Part shown: positions 51,546 to 64,000 of the stretch, one piece after another
How positions within the stretch are numbered: position 1 is the stretch's first letter
Layout of the letters: each line of letters opens with the position of its first letter
Source of the DNA: Lama glama
Lineage: Eukaryota
Reading direction: 5' to 3'
DNA length: 64,000 nucleotides
Assembly: GCA_028534125.1 (NCBI GenBank)
Contig: CM052818.1
Coordinates: 44,890,001 to 44,954,000, forward strand
Translations under genes and position numbers: made by a program
Notes under the pieces: generated by a model
What the model saw: only the letters and a program-made list of their open reading frames with translations
What the model was told of the DNA's origin: nothing
The model's database searches: none

Positions 51546-51632
51546 CCTGCCTGCCTTCCATTCTGCCTTCCTCCCCTTCCTCCCTGCCTGCCTGCCTTCC
51601 ATTCTGCCTTCCTCCCTTCCCTCCTTTCTCTT
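51546..51632. repeat. Pyrimidine-rich (CCTG/CCTT) tract containing a 35-bp tandem duplication
   Basis: cctgcctgccttccattctgccttcctccc(c)ttcc at 51546-51580 and 51587-51620. Confidence 0.9.
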
Positions 51633-51750
51633 TGTCACCATGAGTTGTTGAACACTTACATCTTCTCTCTCCCAGCCTGGAATCAAGCACTTCTGCAAGA
51701 AGCTCTAATTCCTTTTATTCAAGAGTGGTATTTAAAAAAATCAATATTTG

Positions 51751-53142
51751 CTCCCATTTATCATCACATTGAAAAGAATAAAATATCTAGGAATAAACCT
51801 ACCTAGGGAAGTAGAAGACTTGTACTCCAAAAACTGTAAGACACTGATAAAAGAAATCGAAAGCAACACAAACAGATGGAAAGATATACCATGTTTTCAG
51901 ATTGGAAGAATCAATATTGTTAAAATGGCCATACTACCCAAGGCAATCTACAGATTCAGTATAATCCCTATCAAATTACCAATGGCATTTTTTCACAGAA
52001 TTGGAACAAAAAAATTTAAAATTTTAAAGACCCTGAATAGCTAAAGCAATCTTGAGAAAAAACAGAGCTGAAAGAATCAGGCTCCCTGACTTCAGACTAT
52101 ACCACAAAGCTGTAGTAATCAAAACAGTATGGCCCTGGCACAAAAACAGACACATAGATCAATGGAACAGGATAGAAAGTCCAGAAGTAAAGCCACACAC
52201 TTACGGTCAAATTAATTTATGACAAAGCAGGCAAGAATATACAGTGGAGGAAAAGACAGTCTCTTCAATAAGTGGTGCTGGAAAAACTGGACAGCTACGT
52301 GTAAAAGAATGAAATTAGAACATTCTCTAACACCATATACAAAAATAAACTCAAAATGGATTAAAGACCTGAAAGTAAAGACCAAATACTATAAAACTCC
52401 TAGAGGAGAACATAGAACACTCTGACATAAATTGCAGCAGTGTTTTTTTGGATCTGTCACCTGGAGTAATGGAAATAAAAACAAAAATAAACAAATAGGA
52501 TCTAATTAAATTTAAAAGCTTTTGCACAGCAAAGGGAACCATAAGTAAAACAAAAAGACAACCTATGGAATAGGAGAAAATATTTGCAAACAATGCAACC
52601 AACAGAGGATTAATTTCTAAAATATACAAGTGGTTCACACAGCTCAATAGCAAAAAAAAAACAACCCAATCAAAAAATGGGTAAAAGATCTAAATAGGCA
52701 CTTCTACAAAGAAGACACACAGATGACAGGCACATGAAAAAAATGCTCAACATCACTAATTATTCAAGAAACGCAAATCAGAGCTACGAGGTACCACCTC
52801 ACGCTGATCAGAATGGCCATCATTAAAAAGTCTACAAATAATAAGTACTGGAGAAGGTATGGTGAAAAAGAACCCTCCCACACTGTTGGTGGGAATGCAA
52901 ATTGGTGTAGCCATTATGGAGAACAGTATGCATGTTCCTTAAAAAACTAAAAATAGACTTACTGTATGATCCTGCCATGTGATTCCTGGGTGTATATCTG
53001 GCGAAAACTCAATTCAAAAAGATACATGCAGCCCAGTATTCTTAGCATCACTTTTTACAATAGCCAAAACATAGAAGCAACTTAAATGTCCATTGACAGA
53101 TGACTGGATATAGAACATGTGAGATACACACACAGACACACA

Positions 53143-53194
<52 letters not shown>

Positions 53195-53659
53195 AATACT
53201 ATTCAACCATAAAAAGGAATGAAATAATGTCATTGGCAGCATGGATGATTCTAGAGATTATCATACTAAGTGAAGTCAGTCAGTCAGAGAAAGACAAATA
53301 TCATATGATATCACTTATATGTGGAATCTAAAAAATGCTACAAACAAATTTATTTACAAAACAGAAACTTCTCAGACATAGAAAACAAACTTGTGGTTCC
53401 CAGCAGGGGAAGGGGGAGGGAGGGATAAATTGGGAGTTTGGGATTGGCAGATATAAACTATTGTGTACAGAATAGTTGAACAAGGTCCTACTGTATTCAA
53501 TGAAATATAGGGAACTATATTCAATGGGTTGTAGTGACTTGCAATGAAAAAGAATGTGTGTGTATAAAAATATAACTGAATCACCACACCGTATACCAGA
53601 AACTAATACAGCGTTGTAAATCTACTATACTTCAATAAAAATAAATAAATAAATGTCAG
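51751..53659 (+). mobile_element. 5'-truncated L1 (ORF2 C-terminal part, 3'UTR, A-rich tail), sense to ROCK2
   Basis: [35 protein letters not shown] and [13 protein letters not shown], with frameshifts. AATAAA at 53634-53639. Probable TSD tcaatatttg (51741-51750) and tcaatacttg (53660-53669). Confidence 0.95.
53126..53192. repeat. Compound (CA)n microsatellite inside the L1
   Basis: Long CA run with two GA interruptions at its 5' side. Confidence 0.95.
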
Positions 53660-54430
53660 TCAATACTTGGGTACCAGATACACCCATTGCTCTTAGAATG
53701 TTACTACTTCTAGGCACTATCAGTGGACATATGTATATTGTATACACTATATTTACTAACCCACATACACACACATGTTCATATTTAATTCTGTACTTAT
53801 CTGTTTGTATATAAACTATATTAAAAATTAAGAGTTCATATTGATACTTCAGATTGTAGTCCTGCACCACAGGGTTCATTTTAGTCTTCCTCCTTTCTTT
53901 TTGCACTTTTCTTTTTTGGACAATGAGAAACCTGTTGTTATCTACACTTGTTCAACCCTAGTATACACATAAAATTTGTTTCAAATTGCCAATCTCTTAC
54001 TCCTGTGACAGACAGATTTACTAACTAGGATGTGTTATGTGCAGATATTTTTGTGTTTAGCAGTATAGCATTCATTTAAAATAACTGTTTTCCAGAGTTA
54101 CCTAGGTCAGTTCTTTTCTTCCCAACCCTCTTTGGTGTGATTGTGTTATTTAATTTATGAAACAGGTTCATTTCTTACCGTTGGTATTCCATTTAGAGTT
54201 ACCCCATATCCAGTTGATTTTAATTGTTTAATTTTTGGATATGTGAAGCATTTCTCTGGTTTAAGGGTCAGAACTAAACAAATTGCATTCTTAGAGACGG
54301 ATCACTGCCTCCTTGCCCTACTTCTCTTTTCCTATACTGGCTTCTTTCTACCCCTTTTCCACTCACCCTCTGTAGATAAATCAATCTTTAATTTAGTTTC
54401 TGGTTTAGCTTTCCTGTATTTCTTTAGAAT
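53660..54430 (-). mobile_element. L1MC-type host element (other half at about 51660-51750)
   Basis: 'ttccttttattcaagagtggtattta' upstream of the L1 continues as 'cattgctcttagaatg...ttctaggcactatcagtggaca...gagttcatattgatacttc'. Confidence 0.75.
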
Positions 54431-54959
54431 AGGGTGAGAAATTTATCATAAATATAGATTATATATTCATCGAATTTGAGAATTTCCCAATGAGACAGTG
54501 TTTAAATATCCTTTCCAAATATTTACTTAAAAAAGTTTTAACCATCAGTATGCTTGCCAGAAATTGTGGTTAGAATATTAATTTTTTAAAAGCAGAGTAC
54601 CAGTGACATAGTTTACCTAGTAAAAATTTCTCAGTCCTACCAAAATACTTACTCTGTAAGTGATTGGTTATTCAGACTGATTTCCATCTTACCTTTGCCG
54701 TTTTCATCATTGTGAAACTTTACGTTTAGGCTCATTTGGACTTCACTGCATTTCTTGAACTTGGTTTATATAAAGTAATTTTTGTTCCTTTGTTTTTGCC
54801 CTTTTTTCTGAGTTTCCATACCAACTTTCTTTCCTTTGAAGCCTAATTTGTCTATCCTTTACAGCCTAACTTTATACCAATTCTTTTTTGTGTTTTACCC
54901 TTTTCTCGTCTTCCTCTGAACCTTTGAATGCTAAATAATTTTTCTTTTAGTGGCATTGT

Positions 54960-54984
54960 TGTGTGTGTGTGTGTGTGTGTGTGT
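54960..54984. repeat. (TG)12 microsatellite
   Basis: Perfect dinucleotide run. Confidence 0.95.
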
Positions 54985-56335
54985 CCAGTTACGTTTTGGC
55001 TCTTAAGTCTCGCAAGATCCATTTTTTTGAAGTCTAATTTCTGTGGATACGTGTGAAATGAGATTTTGTTTACCCTGTAAGTCTCTATGTAAAATTTTCC
55101 TCCAGTAGAAGTCTAAAATATAGGATAGTTCATGATAAAAATTAACTGTATACCCTGCCTTTTGTAGTCAGGCACTGTCTTCTTCATTTTTTATCCTAAG
55201 TAGTAACCCATATAAACCATTACCCTCATAATTTGCTCAATTATTTGCAAAATGTTAATTTTATTAATTAATGTTCAGTCTAAAAATGACCTCTACTTGC
55301 TGTATACTTGGAAAAATAAAATCATTAAGTTATTCCTGTTGATTTGAGGAATGAAAAGGTTGCTTTTGAAGTGAATTTCCCATATTTAACATATTTTATT
55401 ACACTTAAATAAAAATATTTACACAAATCATGTTTATAAATACATTAAACTTCCTTTTACCAAGGTGGTCATAATACTTAGTGTTTTGGTAGTTTGTATA
55501 GCTTCCTTAGAAGGAATGTAGGTGACACATTCTTTACTAGGCAGGTAAAGGATATGAAGGGCATTTAGACTAACATGTAAAATCTTTGCAAGTTTGAACA
55601 GAGCTGGAGATGAACAAGGGTTACTCAGCACTGTACTGCTGTATCCTATAGTGGTTTAATCTTGCAAAATATACACATAATACAAATATATATAATACAC
55701 ATGCTACAAAATACACACATAGTTCATATCTACAATGGTTCTTACCCTTGTCAAAAAGACATCAGATAGGGATTATCTTATTATTCACTGAAACTAAACA
55801 TAGAAAGGGGTGTTTTTATCATTTTGCCAAATATCTTGATGCTGCAGCTCTGTATTCTAAATATACAACCTGGAGGTGTGGCTCTCAAACTATTAAGATC
55901 TTGATTTAAACATTTGATCTGTTTCCTCCAGTTTTTTCTTGGTCTAAGAAGAACCATTTTCTTTTATCCATCCTCTAGAGGCCTTAATCTTAATTACTGC
56001 AGTTTCTTTGGAAATATCAAAGCTTCCTTTCTCTAATGATTCTTTTTTTTCCCCCAGATTAGGTGCCTTAAGACCACATTTTGTACTTCCCTTGTAACTT
56101 ATAGTGTTAGAAAAAGAAACAAAAAAATGTAGATTTACATGGAATTCCCATGGAGTTGACCACCTTTGATGAAGCCTTCTGTATCTCAGAGTTCGAAAAT
56201 TATCCCTGATCTCCCATAATCCAGACATTTGTATGCATTTTATAATGTATTTATCCCCTGTCCTTCCAAAGCCATGTCAACAATGAAGGTCTGTTGGTAG
56301 CAATGTATAGTCACTGTATCTGTAAGAATAAATGA

Positions 56336-56560
<225 letters not shown>

Positions 56561-58352
56561 TAAATATTTTAACTTGTTCTTTTTTCAAAACCCATCTTAT
56601 AATACTGTATTACTAAGTCAAGAATTTGAGACTGTAAGGAGATTAATTGCCTCTGTCCTAGGGAAGAAGTGGAATTTCTGGAAACTTTGAATTAATGGTT
56701 TCTGGTATGACTGATTATTGTAAAATTAAAACCAAGCTTCATCCTGCCACAGTGATTGAGTAGAATTTGAAAGGACTTAAAATTATACTGCTGGAAAGTA
56801 GTCCTCCAATAGACGTTTTTGTATTAACAAAATATTAGAACAAGAAGCAAGTTTACAGCTGCAATGGGCCTTCCTTCTAAGATTTTCTTAATCAGTAGTA
56901 TTTATTGAAAATATTTGAAATTATAAGGCTGTTAGTACTTGTTTCAATAATAATAGAGAACTGAAAGTACTTTGTTTATGTAATTATGTAATTTTTGTAA
57001 GCTGTATTTCTTATATTTATTACTTGTATATATATTCAGTGATTCCAGTAAAACAAATCATAAATATAATTATTGACCATTTGACTATCAAGATGAATGT
57101 ATTTTATAATGTTTTGATCTCAGAAAACTGAGAGGCAAGTTTAATAATTTCTTTCACTTTGACCAAATCAAAATTTGAAAGGCTTATGTATTTCAAAACT
57201 TTTATTTATATCATAGATTTCATTTTTTAAATTCCTAAGTACTAGAGTCACAGAAATATCTTCTGACCAAGGTAGCCAGTGACTGAATTACCTGGCTTAG
57301 GGATGAGGCGAGATATAGCTAAGTCTACTTTTCTGAAGCAAATGTGTTAAGGCTAATATCATTATATGAAATGACTTTAGAATTGAAAATGTAATTTTAG
57401 AAGTTGGGGAATTTATTCTCTAGGAGATGACTCTAAAAGAAATTGGTAATGTAAATCTATAAAATCTGTATAATAATTGGGTATGCTTGTTGCTTTAAAA
57501 AATCAGAAGAAATTTAAGTAACAATTAGTCATGGAACTTTTTTGTGACATAAAGTGCCTTCTCTTGATGACCGTCTGTGTGTGTATAGCATTTATGTTGC
57601 TGTGCCTAGTCTCATGTCATGCTGTGACCTACTTTGTTTTCAACCTTTGTCTTTGTTGTGGGTCTCTTCAAACACCACATGTTCTCAGCTAGCTGTCTAT
57701 TCTCCACACCACTGGGTCCTAGCTGATGGTGCATTAGATATGTCTTACAATCTTTTGAAAGTAGAATATATTCCTTCATTTGTCTAGAGTCTCCTAGGGA
57801 TTTAAAGAATACTGTACTTTGGAGGAAGTCCCATGACTCATTTGAAGAGACCAATTAAATCTCCTACTACTGTTTTTAACTTAGAGCTGAATTTAATGAG
57901 TTTGAATGGCACTGATTTGCAGTATTCTTTGCCTGCTCTGGTGCTTGCTCAGGTTGGTTGGCACTGGACTTCATTTAAAGGAATCCACTGCAGTTAAAAT
58001 CTTGAATTCAAAGCTCTCCTCTGCCACCCTTTGCAAACAATAACTACTGAGTACCGCTTTTTGGCTGATTTAGGAAAGTCTGGTTTGTATTAAGGGGACT
58101 TGTAGTTAAGGCATTCTGGCAAGGCCTTTAACCCTTGTGGCTTTAGATGAATACTGGCCAAAATGATGCCTTGAACTTTTTCTGTCTTTACACTTGCCTC
58201 TTTATCACAGTCGTTAGTTAGCAGGAACACTGCATTGGAAGACTTTCTGCCATTTTCAACTCTAGGTGTGTCAGTTTAGGCAAATTACACATCATCTATC
58301 TGGGCCTAGCTACCTCATACGTAAAGTGACAGGGCTGATCTAACTCTTAGAG

Positions 58353-58540
58353 CTGCACTGTCTAGTCTGTCACGAATGGTTTATATCTACACTGTTCAGT
58401 ATAGTAGGCACCTGCCACATCAAGCACTTGAAATGTGGCTGGTATGACTAGGGAGCTGAATTTTTCATTTTATTTAATTTTAATTAATTTTAACTTTAAA
58501 TTGCACATGTGGCTAGTGACTACTGTATTATACAACACAA
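58353..58540 (+). mobile_element. MER3 (hAT-Charlie MITE)
   Basis: 'gcacttgaaatgtggctggtatgactagggagctgaattttt...cacatgtggctagtgactactgtatt'. Confidence 0.88.
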
Positions 58541-58851
58541 CTCTGGAGAGTAATCTCAAAAGGCTCATTCAGCTGAAGCATTAGAAGACTCACTGATCTG
58601 ACCCCACCTAGTAATCTTTTAAATTATTCAATAAATTGGTTTTTTTCCTATTATACATTAAAAAATGCAACAAATTCTAACTAGAGCTAGTATTGATTTT
58701 ATTTTGCTCTTTAAGTTCAGCGGTTCATCGGTATGGTTAAAATTTAAATATATTCTTGATGTGTGGCTGAGATTCCTCGTAAACCTTTTGTTCTTCCATG
58801 AATGTGAAAATTTTAAATTTAACGTATTAAATACTAGGTAAAACATTTTAG

Positions 58852-59037
<186 letters not shown>

Positions 59038-59689
59038 TAATATGCATTTAATTTCTTTGTAGAAAATCCTTTAACTTTTGGATTTATAGAAATGAAAGCA
59101 TACCTAACTCTTACTTACATACGAAATCAATCTTTCTCTTTATCCGAATTGCATTTAGTTCTGGCTTATCCTTTTCCTACTTCTGAGCCTGGTGTTGGGT
59201 TGCCCCTGTCATTTTGTATGTGCAGCTCAGTGGTAATCCAACTCTAATCTTAGCCCTCATGTCCAAAAAGAGAAAAACAGAACTTTGTAAAATAAACGCA
59301 TTTGTGAGAAATAAAACTTTTTTTCATATTTTAGCCTCTAAGGTGGTTAAGCTATATTGCTCTTGATTGTATAACTTTTGAGAGAAGAACATTTTGTGTA
59401 GATAAATAACTCAAAAACTAATAATCTTAAAAAATACCTGTGTTTGACTTGGGAGTGCCTCCTTCCCAGTCCTTTTAATTTGCATTTGAATGTGAGCAGT
59501 TCTGTCCTGGAAAGTCTGTATTTCTCAAAACAAAACAGATGAACATTGTTTTGAAAACCTACCTCAAAAAGAGAAGCTAGAAAGCTATTCAGAGTTTCTT
59601 CCTTGCCCTCTCTAGTCAGTTCTTTCCTGGTTTCCCATTTCATATTTGTGGTAGGAGCCAAAGGACCAGGACATACCAGTGGATGCTTG

Positions 59690-59835
59690 CACCTCAGTCT
59701 AGACTTAACTCACTAGCTGTATGATTTTAGGAAAATTATTTTAACTTTGAGGGAAATAATTTTACTCATTCTTCAAATGATGAGATCAGATTAGATGATA
59801 GCTAAAGGCATTTCTAGCTCTAAGGTGCTATGACT
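59690..59835 (+). mobile_element. MIR3 fragment
   Basis: 'ctcactagctgtatgattttaggaaaattattttaac...gattagatgatagctaaaggcatttctagctctaa'. Confidence 0.75.
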
Positions 59836-60879
59836 CCTCCGCACACCTTGTTGTTTGTTAGCCAGTTGCTGTTACAAGCAGTCCTGCAGTGACTGTCCTC
59901 ATACATTTATATTTGCATACTTTCTGTAGGATAAAAATCTTAAAGGTGGATTTCTGGGATGCACATTTTAAAATCGACCTACTTGAGTTGCAAATTTGAC
60001 CCCCATTATTAATAATTGTTTCCCTAATTGTCATCAAACTAAGTGTTATGAATTTTTCCTTTTTCCACACAAAGCAAGGAAAATTATTTATATTTTTTTC
60101 ATGAGAGAGCTTAATCATTTTTATATGTTTATCAATGATTTGTAAAAGAAAACTTTAAGATTATCAATTACCTGATTAATAAACAATTTATGCTGATAAG
60201 CTCAAATTCTGTATAATGTTTTATTTGAGGACTGGATGATGGGCTTGATGGGGGATGACCATAATTTGTGTTGAAACGTAAAATATAAAACAGTTTGATA
60301 TAGTGTATGTTAATAGAATTTAGTGGCATTAGTATGGCTAGGAGCACTTCCCTCTAAAAGTTCATAGGTTTTCATGTTTATATTAAACGTAACTCCAGGG
60401 GCACATTAAAAAAACAGATAGTTTTTATTTCCATACAGTTTTCATTGAAAACTCAAAAGGTCAGAGAATAAAATTATTAGTAACATTTTTCTTATGTTGA
60501 CAATGATAATTTTAATATTAGTGTAATGTATATTTATATTTAATAATTTATATTTAATATAAGTATAGAGATATCTAGAGCAAATATGGATAGCTTCAAA
60601 CATAATATATGAGTTCTTTTTAAGAAGGGGAGAGAATTTTTTAAATAACATTTCATTAGAGAGATTTTGAAAAACTCTTCTGTGTCAAAAGTTACACCTC
60701 CATCCATTTTACATCCTGAAGTTGGTCTTGTGGTTTTGGCACACACCAGTGATTTTTTTAATTAAAAGTCTCATATGTACGTTTGACACAAAGTATAGAT
60801 GGAAACGTGTTTTCTTTTCCATAGCATTTACTATCATATACTATAAAATTGAGATTGCTTATTTTTGAGAAACATTTAA

Positions 60880-61170
<291 letters not shown>

Positions 61171-61873
61171 TAACAAATATGTCTGGAACACTTAATGCCA
61201 ATTTTTAAATTGAGAGGTTTCATTTCAGTTTGTTCTGAAGCAATATTTATAACTAAATTAATATTACCTCAGTATCTTAACAAACTAGTATATATTTATT
61301 TCCTGCTGCTTCTATAATAAATATTATAGGTTTCTTAATTTGTCAAGCTAAGTTTTATGGCCCTTAATAATTTTCAGATTGGGGAAAATGTAATTCTTTA
61401 ATTCAAATATTTGAATTAATGAATCAGTAATTATTTATGGAAACCATACTTTGGTGAATACTAGGATAAACATAGTAATTCATTTTAAATTTATGTGTAC
61501 TTGATATTAATTCATCTTAAGAGTAAGAAGTATTTCTGCTTAAAGAATGTAGAAAACTGAAGGCTAAAGAATGTTTACCAAGTTATTACTGCTTGTAATT
61601 TTAATACCTAGAATAATATATGCTTTCCTTATTTAATTGATTTACCTATGTTTAAAACTGATCTAATATAATCATTAAACACCTACAAAATGTTAAATCT
61701 TTGAAACGATAAAATAGAAAGTCTATTAATAAAATTTTTTATAGTAAATCATAGTATTGTTAATCACATATCTCTATATGTTAATATTAATATATTAATA
61801 ATACAAAATGAGTAATACAAAACAAGATGAGGGTGGCTTATATTTTTTCATCATATATATTATTATTAAATAA

Positions 61874-62119
<246 letters not shown>

Positions 62120-62199
62120 TAACTTTGAGACTCTGAATTATGGAAGATAAAGTGTTAATTTGTTTTAAACTGAATTTTTTCAATGACTATTATATGATA

Positions 62200-62875
62200 T
62201 TCATTTACAAATGAATGTAAGGCAGTGTTCTGTATTCTTTGGGGGATATAGATTAAGACCAAATACCTGCTTTTGAAGGAGCTTGTCAACTAATGAAGGA
62301 TATAAAGGAATTACATAGTCATAATGAAGGGTAGAATGTGATACTTGCCTTAAGAAAGGTACCAAAAAGATCTGAGATGGTTCAGACAAAAAATAAAAGT
62401 CACATCTCTTTGGGATGAGGGTAGGGGGAAGTCAGGTAAGACTTCAGGGAAGAGGTGGCATTTTAGTCTAAAGATAAGAAAAGGTTTTGAGTGTCCAAGA
62501 CATAGGGAGGTTAGGTGAGTGTGTTGGGGAAGTTAACAGTGGGAGCAAAAGCTTGTGATGTAAGCATAGGTTGGGAGCAGAGTAGTCTAGTCCAGCAGGG
62601 CTCAAATACAGGGTGTGTATCACTGTTGTCTAACCACTTGGAGGACTCAGACTGTGGTTTTCTTGCCTGTAATCCCTCCATCTAGTGCAGAGCTTGGCAC
62701 AGGATCATCCCATAAATATTGGTCAGTGAGTATTGGGTATAAGATTAGAAAATAGATAGGAATTGGAATTTAGGGAAAGACAGGGCAAGAATAGTGAACA
62801 GCTGTGGGAAGGGACTTTTGACTTTGACAGGCAGTGAGGAGCCACTGAAAACTGTTAAATAGTTGAGTGAAGCAC
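62200..62875 (-). mobile_element. L2 fragments
   Basis: 'tacctgcttttgaaggagcttg', 'gtcaggtaagacttcagggaagaggtggcatttt' and 'ggcagtgaggagccactgaa'. Confidence 0.7.
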
Positions 62876-62930
62876 TAAAGACATTTGAGAAACATATTTA
62901 TGAAATTTTTGATACTAACATGTATGTAAT

Positions 62931-63049
62931 GAGGAGATCAACCATTACAGTTTGCCCAGGACTGAGGGGTTTCCTAGAATGTAGTGTGGGACTTTAATGC
63001 TAAAATCGAGAAAATCCCAGGCAAACAAGGATGAGTTGTTCATCTGCTA
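62931..63049. mobile_element. MER81-like (hAT-Blackjack) MITE
   Basis: 'gtttgcccaggactgaggggtttcct...gggactttaatgctaaaatcgagaaaatcccaggcaaac', with inverted arms gtttgcc and ggcaaac. Confidence 0.85.
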
Positions 63050-63503
63050 AAGACAGTATTCTGAAAACTACTGTAATACTAACTAAAATGAGAATATCAG
63101 TGCCAGGAGAAACCCAAGCATGTTTTATAAGCAGCGAGTAAGGACCCAGTTAAGAGAAACTGACAGTTAAATAGAAGTGATGATTTATGTATTAAGACCT
63201 GGAGATCAAGAGATGTTATCTTTGAAAAGGAGGAGAGACATCCCTTTCTAGAAAATTTCTAGAAAAGAAGAATAAAATAGTTACTCAAAATGAAAGGAAG
63301 TGGGGAAGTGATTCCAGCCTCAACAATGTTAAGACTAGAACATCTGAAAGAATTGAGAGGGAAATATACCTTCATTTAATAATATATATTGAAGTGAAAA
63401 GAAAAAGTCTTTGTGGTTGGAATTTAATTCTGAGAATAACTCAGTATTAGAAAATGAATTAAAATGACATGCAAAAGAATTTATTTCCTGCCTTTCCTTC
63501 TAG

Positions 63504-63567
63504 GTTATTAAGTGACTCTCCTCCCTCTTGTAGAGAAAATGATTCAATACAGTCAAGGAAGAATGAA
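63504..63567 (+). CDS. ROCK2: ROCK2 coding exon 10 (64 nt, phase 2 to 0), linker before the coiled coil
   Basis: ttctag|G ... GAA|gtatgt. (L)LLSDSPPSCRENDSIQSRKNE. Confidence 0.96.
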
Positions 63568-64000
63568 GTATGTATAAAATTTTACTACTCTGTTTTAATC
63601 ACATGTCCAAGTATTTTAGTAATATCTATGCTTTTTAAAAGTTCACTGATGCTACTTTTAGATAGCATTTTTTTGTTGCAGTCCAGTTCAGCATAACATT
63701 GAAATGATTCATATTTGACAAGAATCATTGTGTGAGATCCAAGGGCTAATAAAAAGATAATTCTACATGGGTTTAGGCTTAGTTTTAGTAACAAAAGTGA
63801 TGGAATAAGTTTACAGGCAGCTGTTTTTTCTATTAGTTAGGAAATACTACAAGTATTATAAAAGAATATAGATAATTAGCTATAAGAATACAGAAATAGT
63901 AGAGAGATTTAAATTTTGAATATTTATCAATCAATTCATATGAAGGATAGTTTTATCAAACTGTTGCAATTTTTAAAAAAAGTTTTATGTACTGTTATTT

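Noticed and set aside
51748..53331. Active L1 ORF2
   Set aside because: 5'-truncated, frameshifted, contains stops and is interrupted by a CA repeat.
63538..63540. Asn at the position of the human Thr431Asn polymorphism
   Set aside because: From recall Asn is the usual residue in other mammals, so it is likely ancestral and not unusual.

Overview
AT-rich mammalian genomic DNA from inside the ROCK2 (Rho-associated coiled-coil kinase 2) gene on the + strand. The window starts in intron 1, holds coding exons 2-10 and ends in intron 10. All nine exons have AG/GT boundaries and compatible phases, and splice into one open frame covering part of the N-terminal extension, the whole AGC kinase domain and the C-tail. 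Exon and residue numbers follow my recall of human ROCK2. A tRNA-Ala-derived SINE and a young L1 3' end point to a camelid genome (inference). The introns are mostly fossil transposons: MIR, L2, old and young L1, MLT1B and MER21C LTRs, Tigger1, several hAT MITEs, and two long hAT fossils whose transposase motifs are still readable. Almost all non-exonic ORFs in the track are chance or repeat-derived. I see no new gene or previously undescribed biological system. The best leads are two apparent lineage-specific protein changes in ROCK2, candidate cryptic exons, a probable L1-associated deletion and sense-strand retroelement signals. Repeat family names come from recalled consensus sequences and repeat boundaries are approximate.
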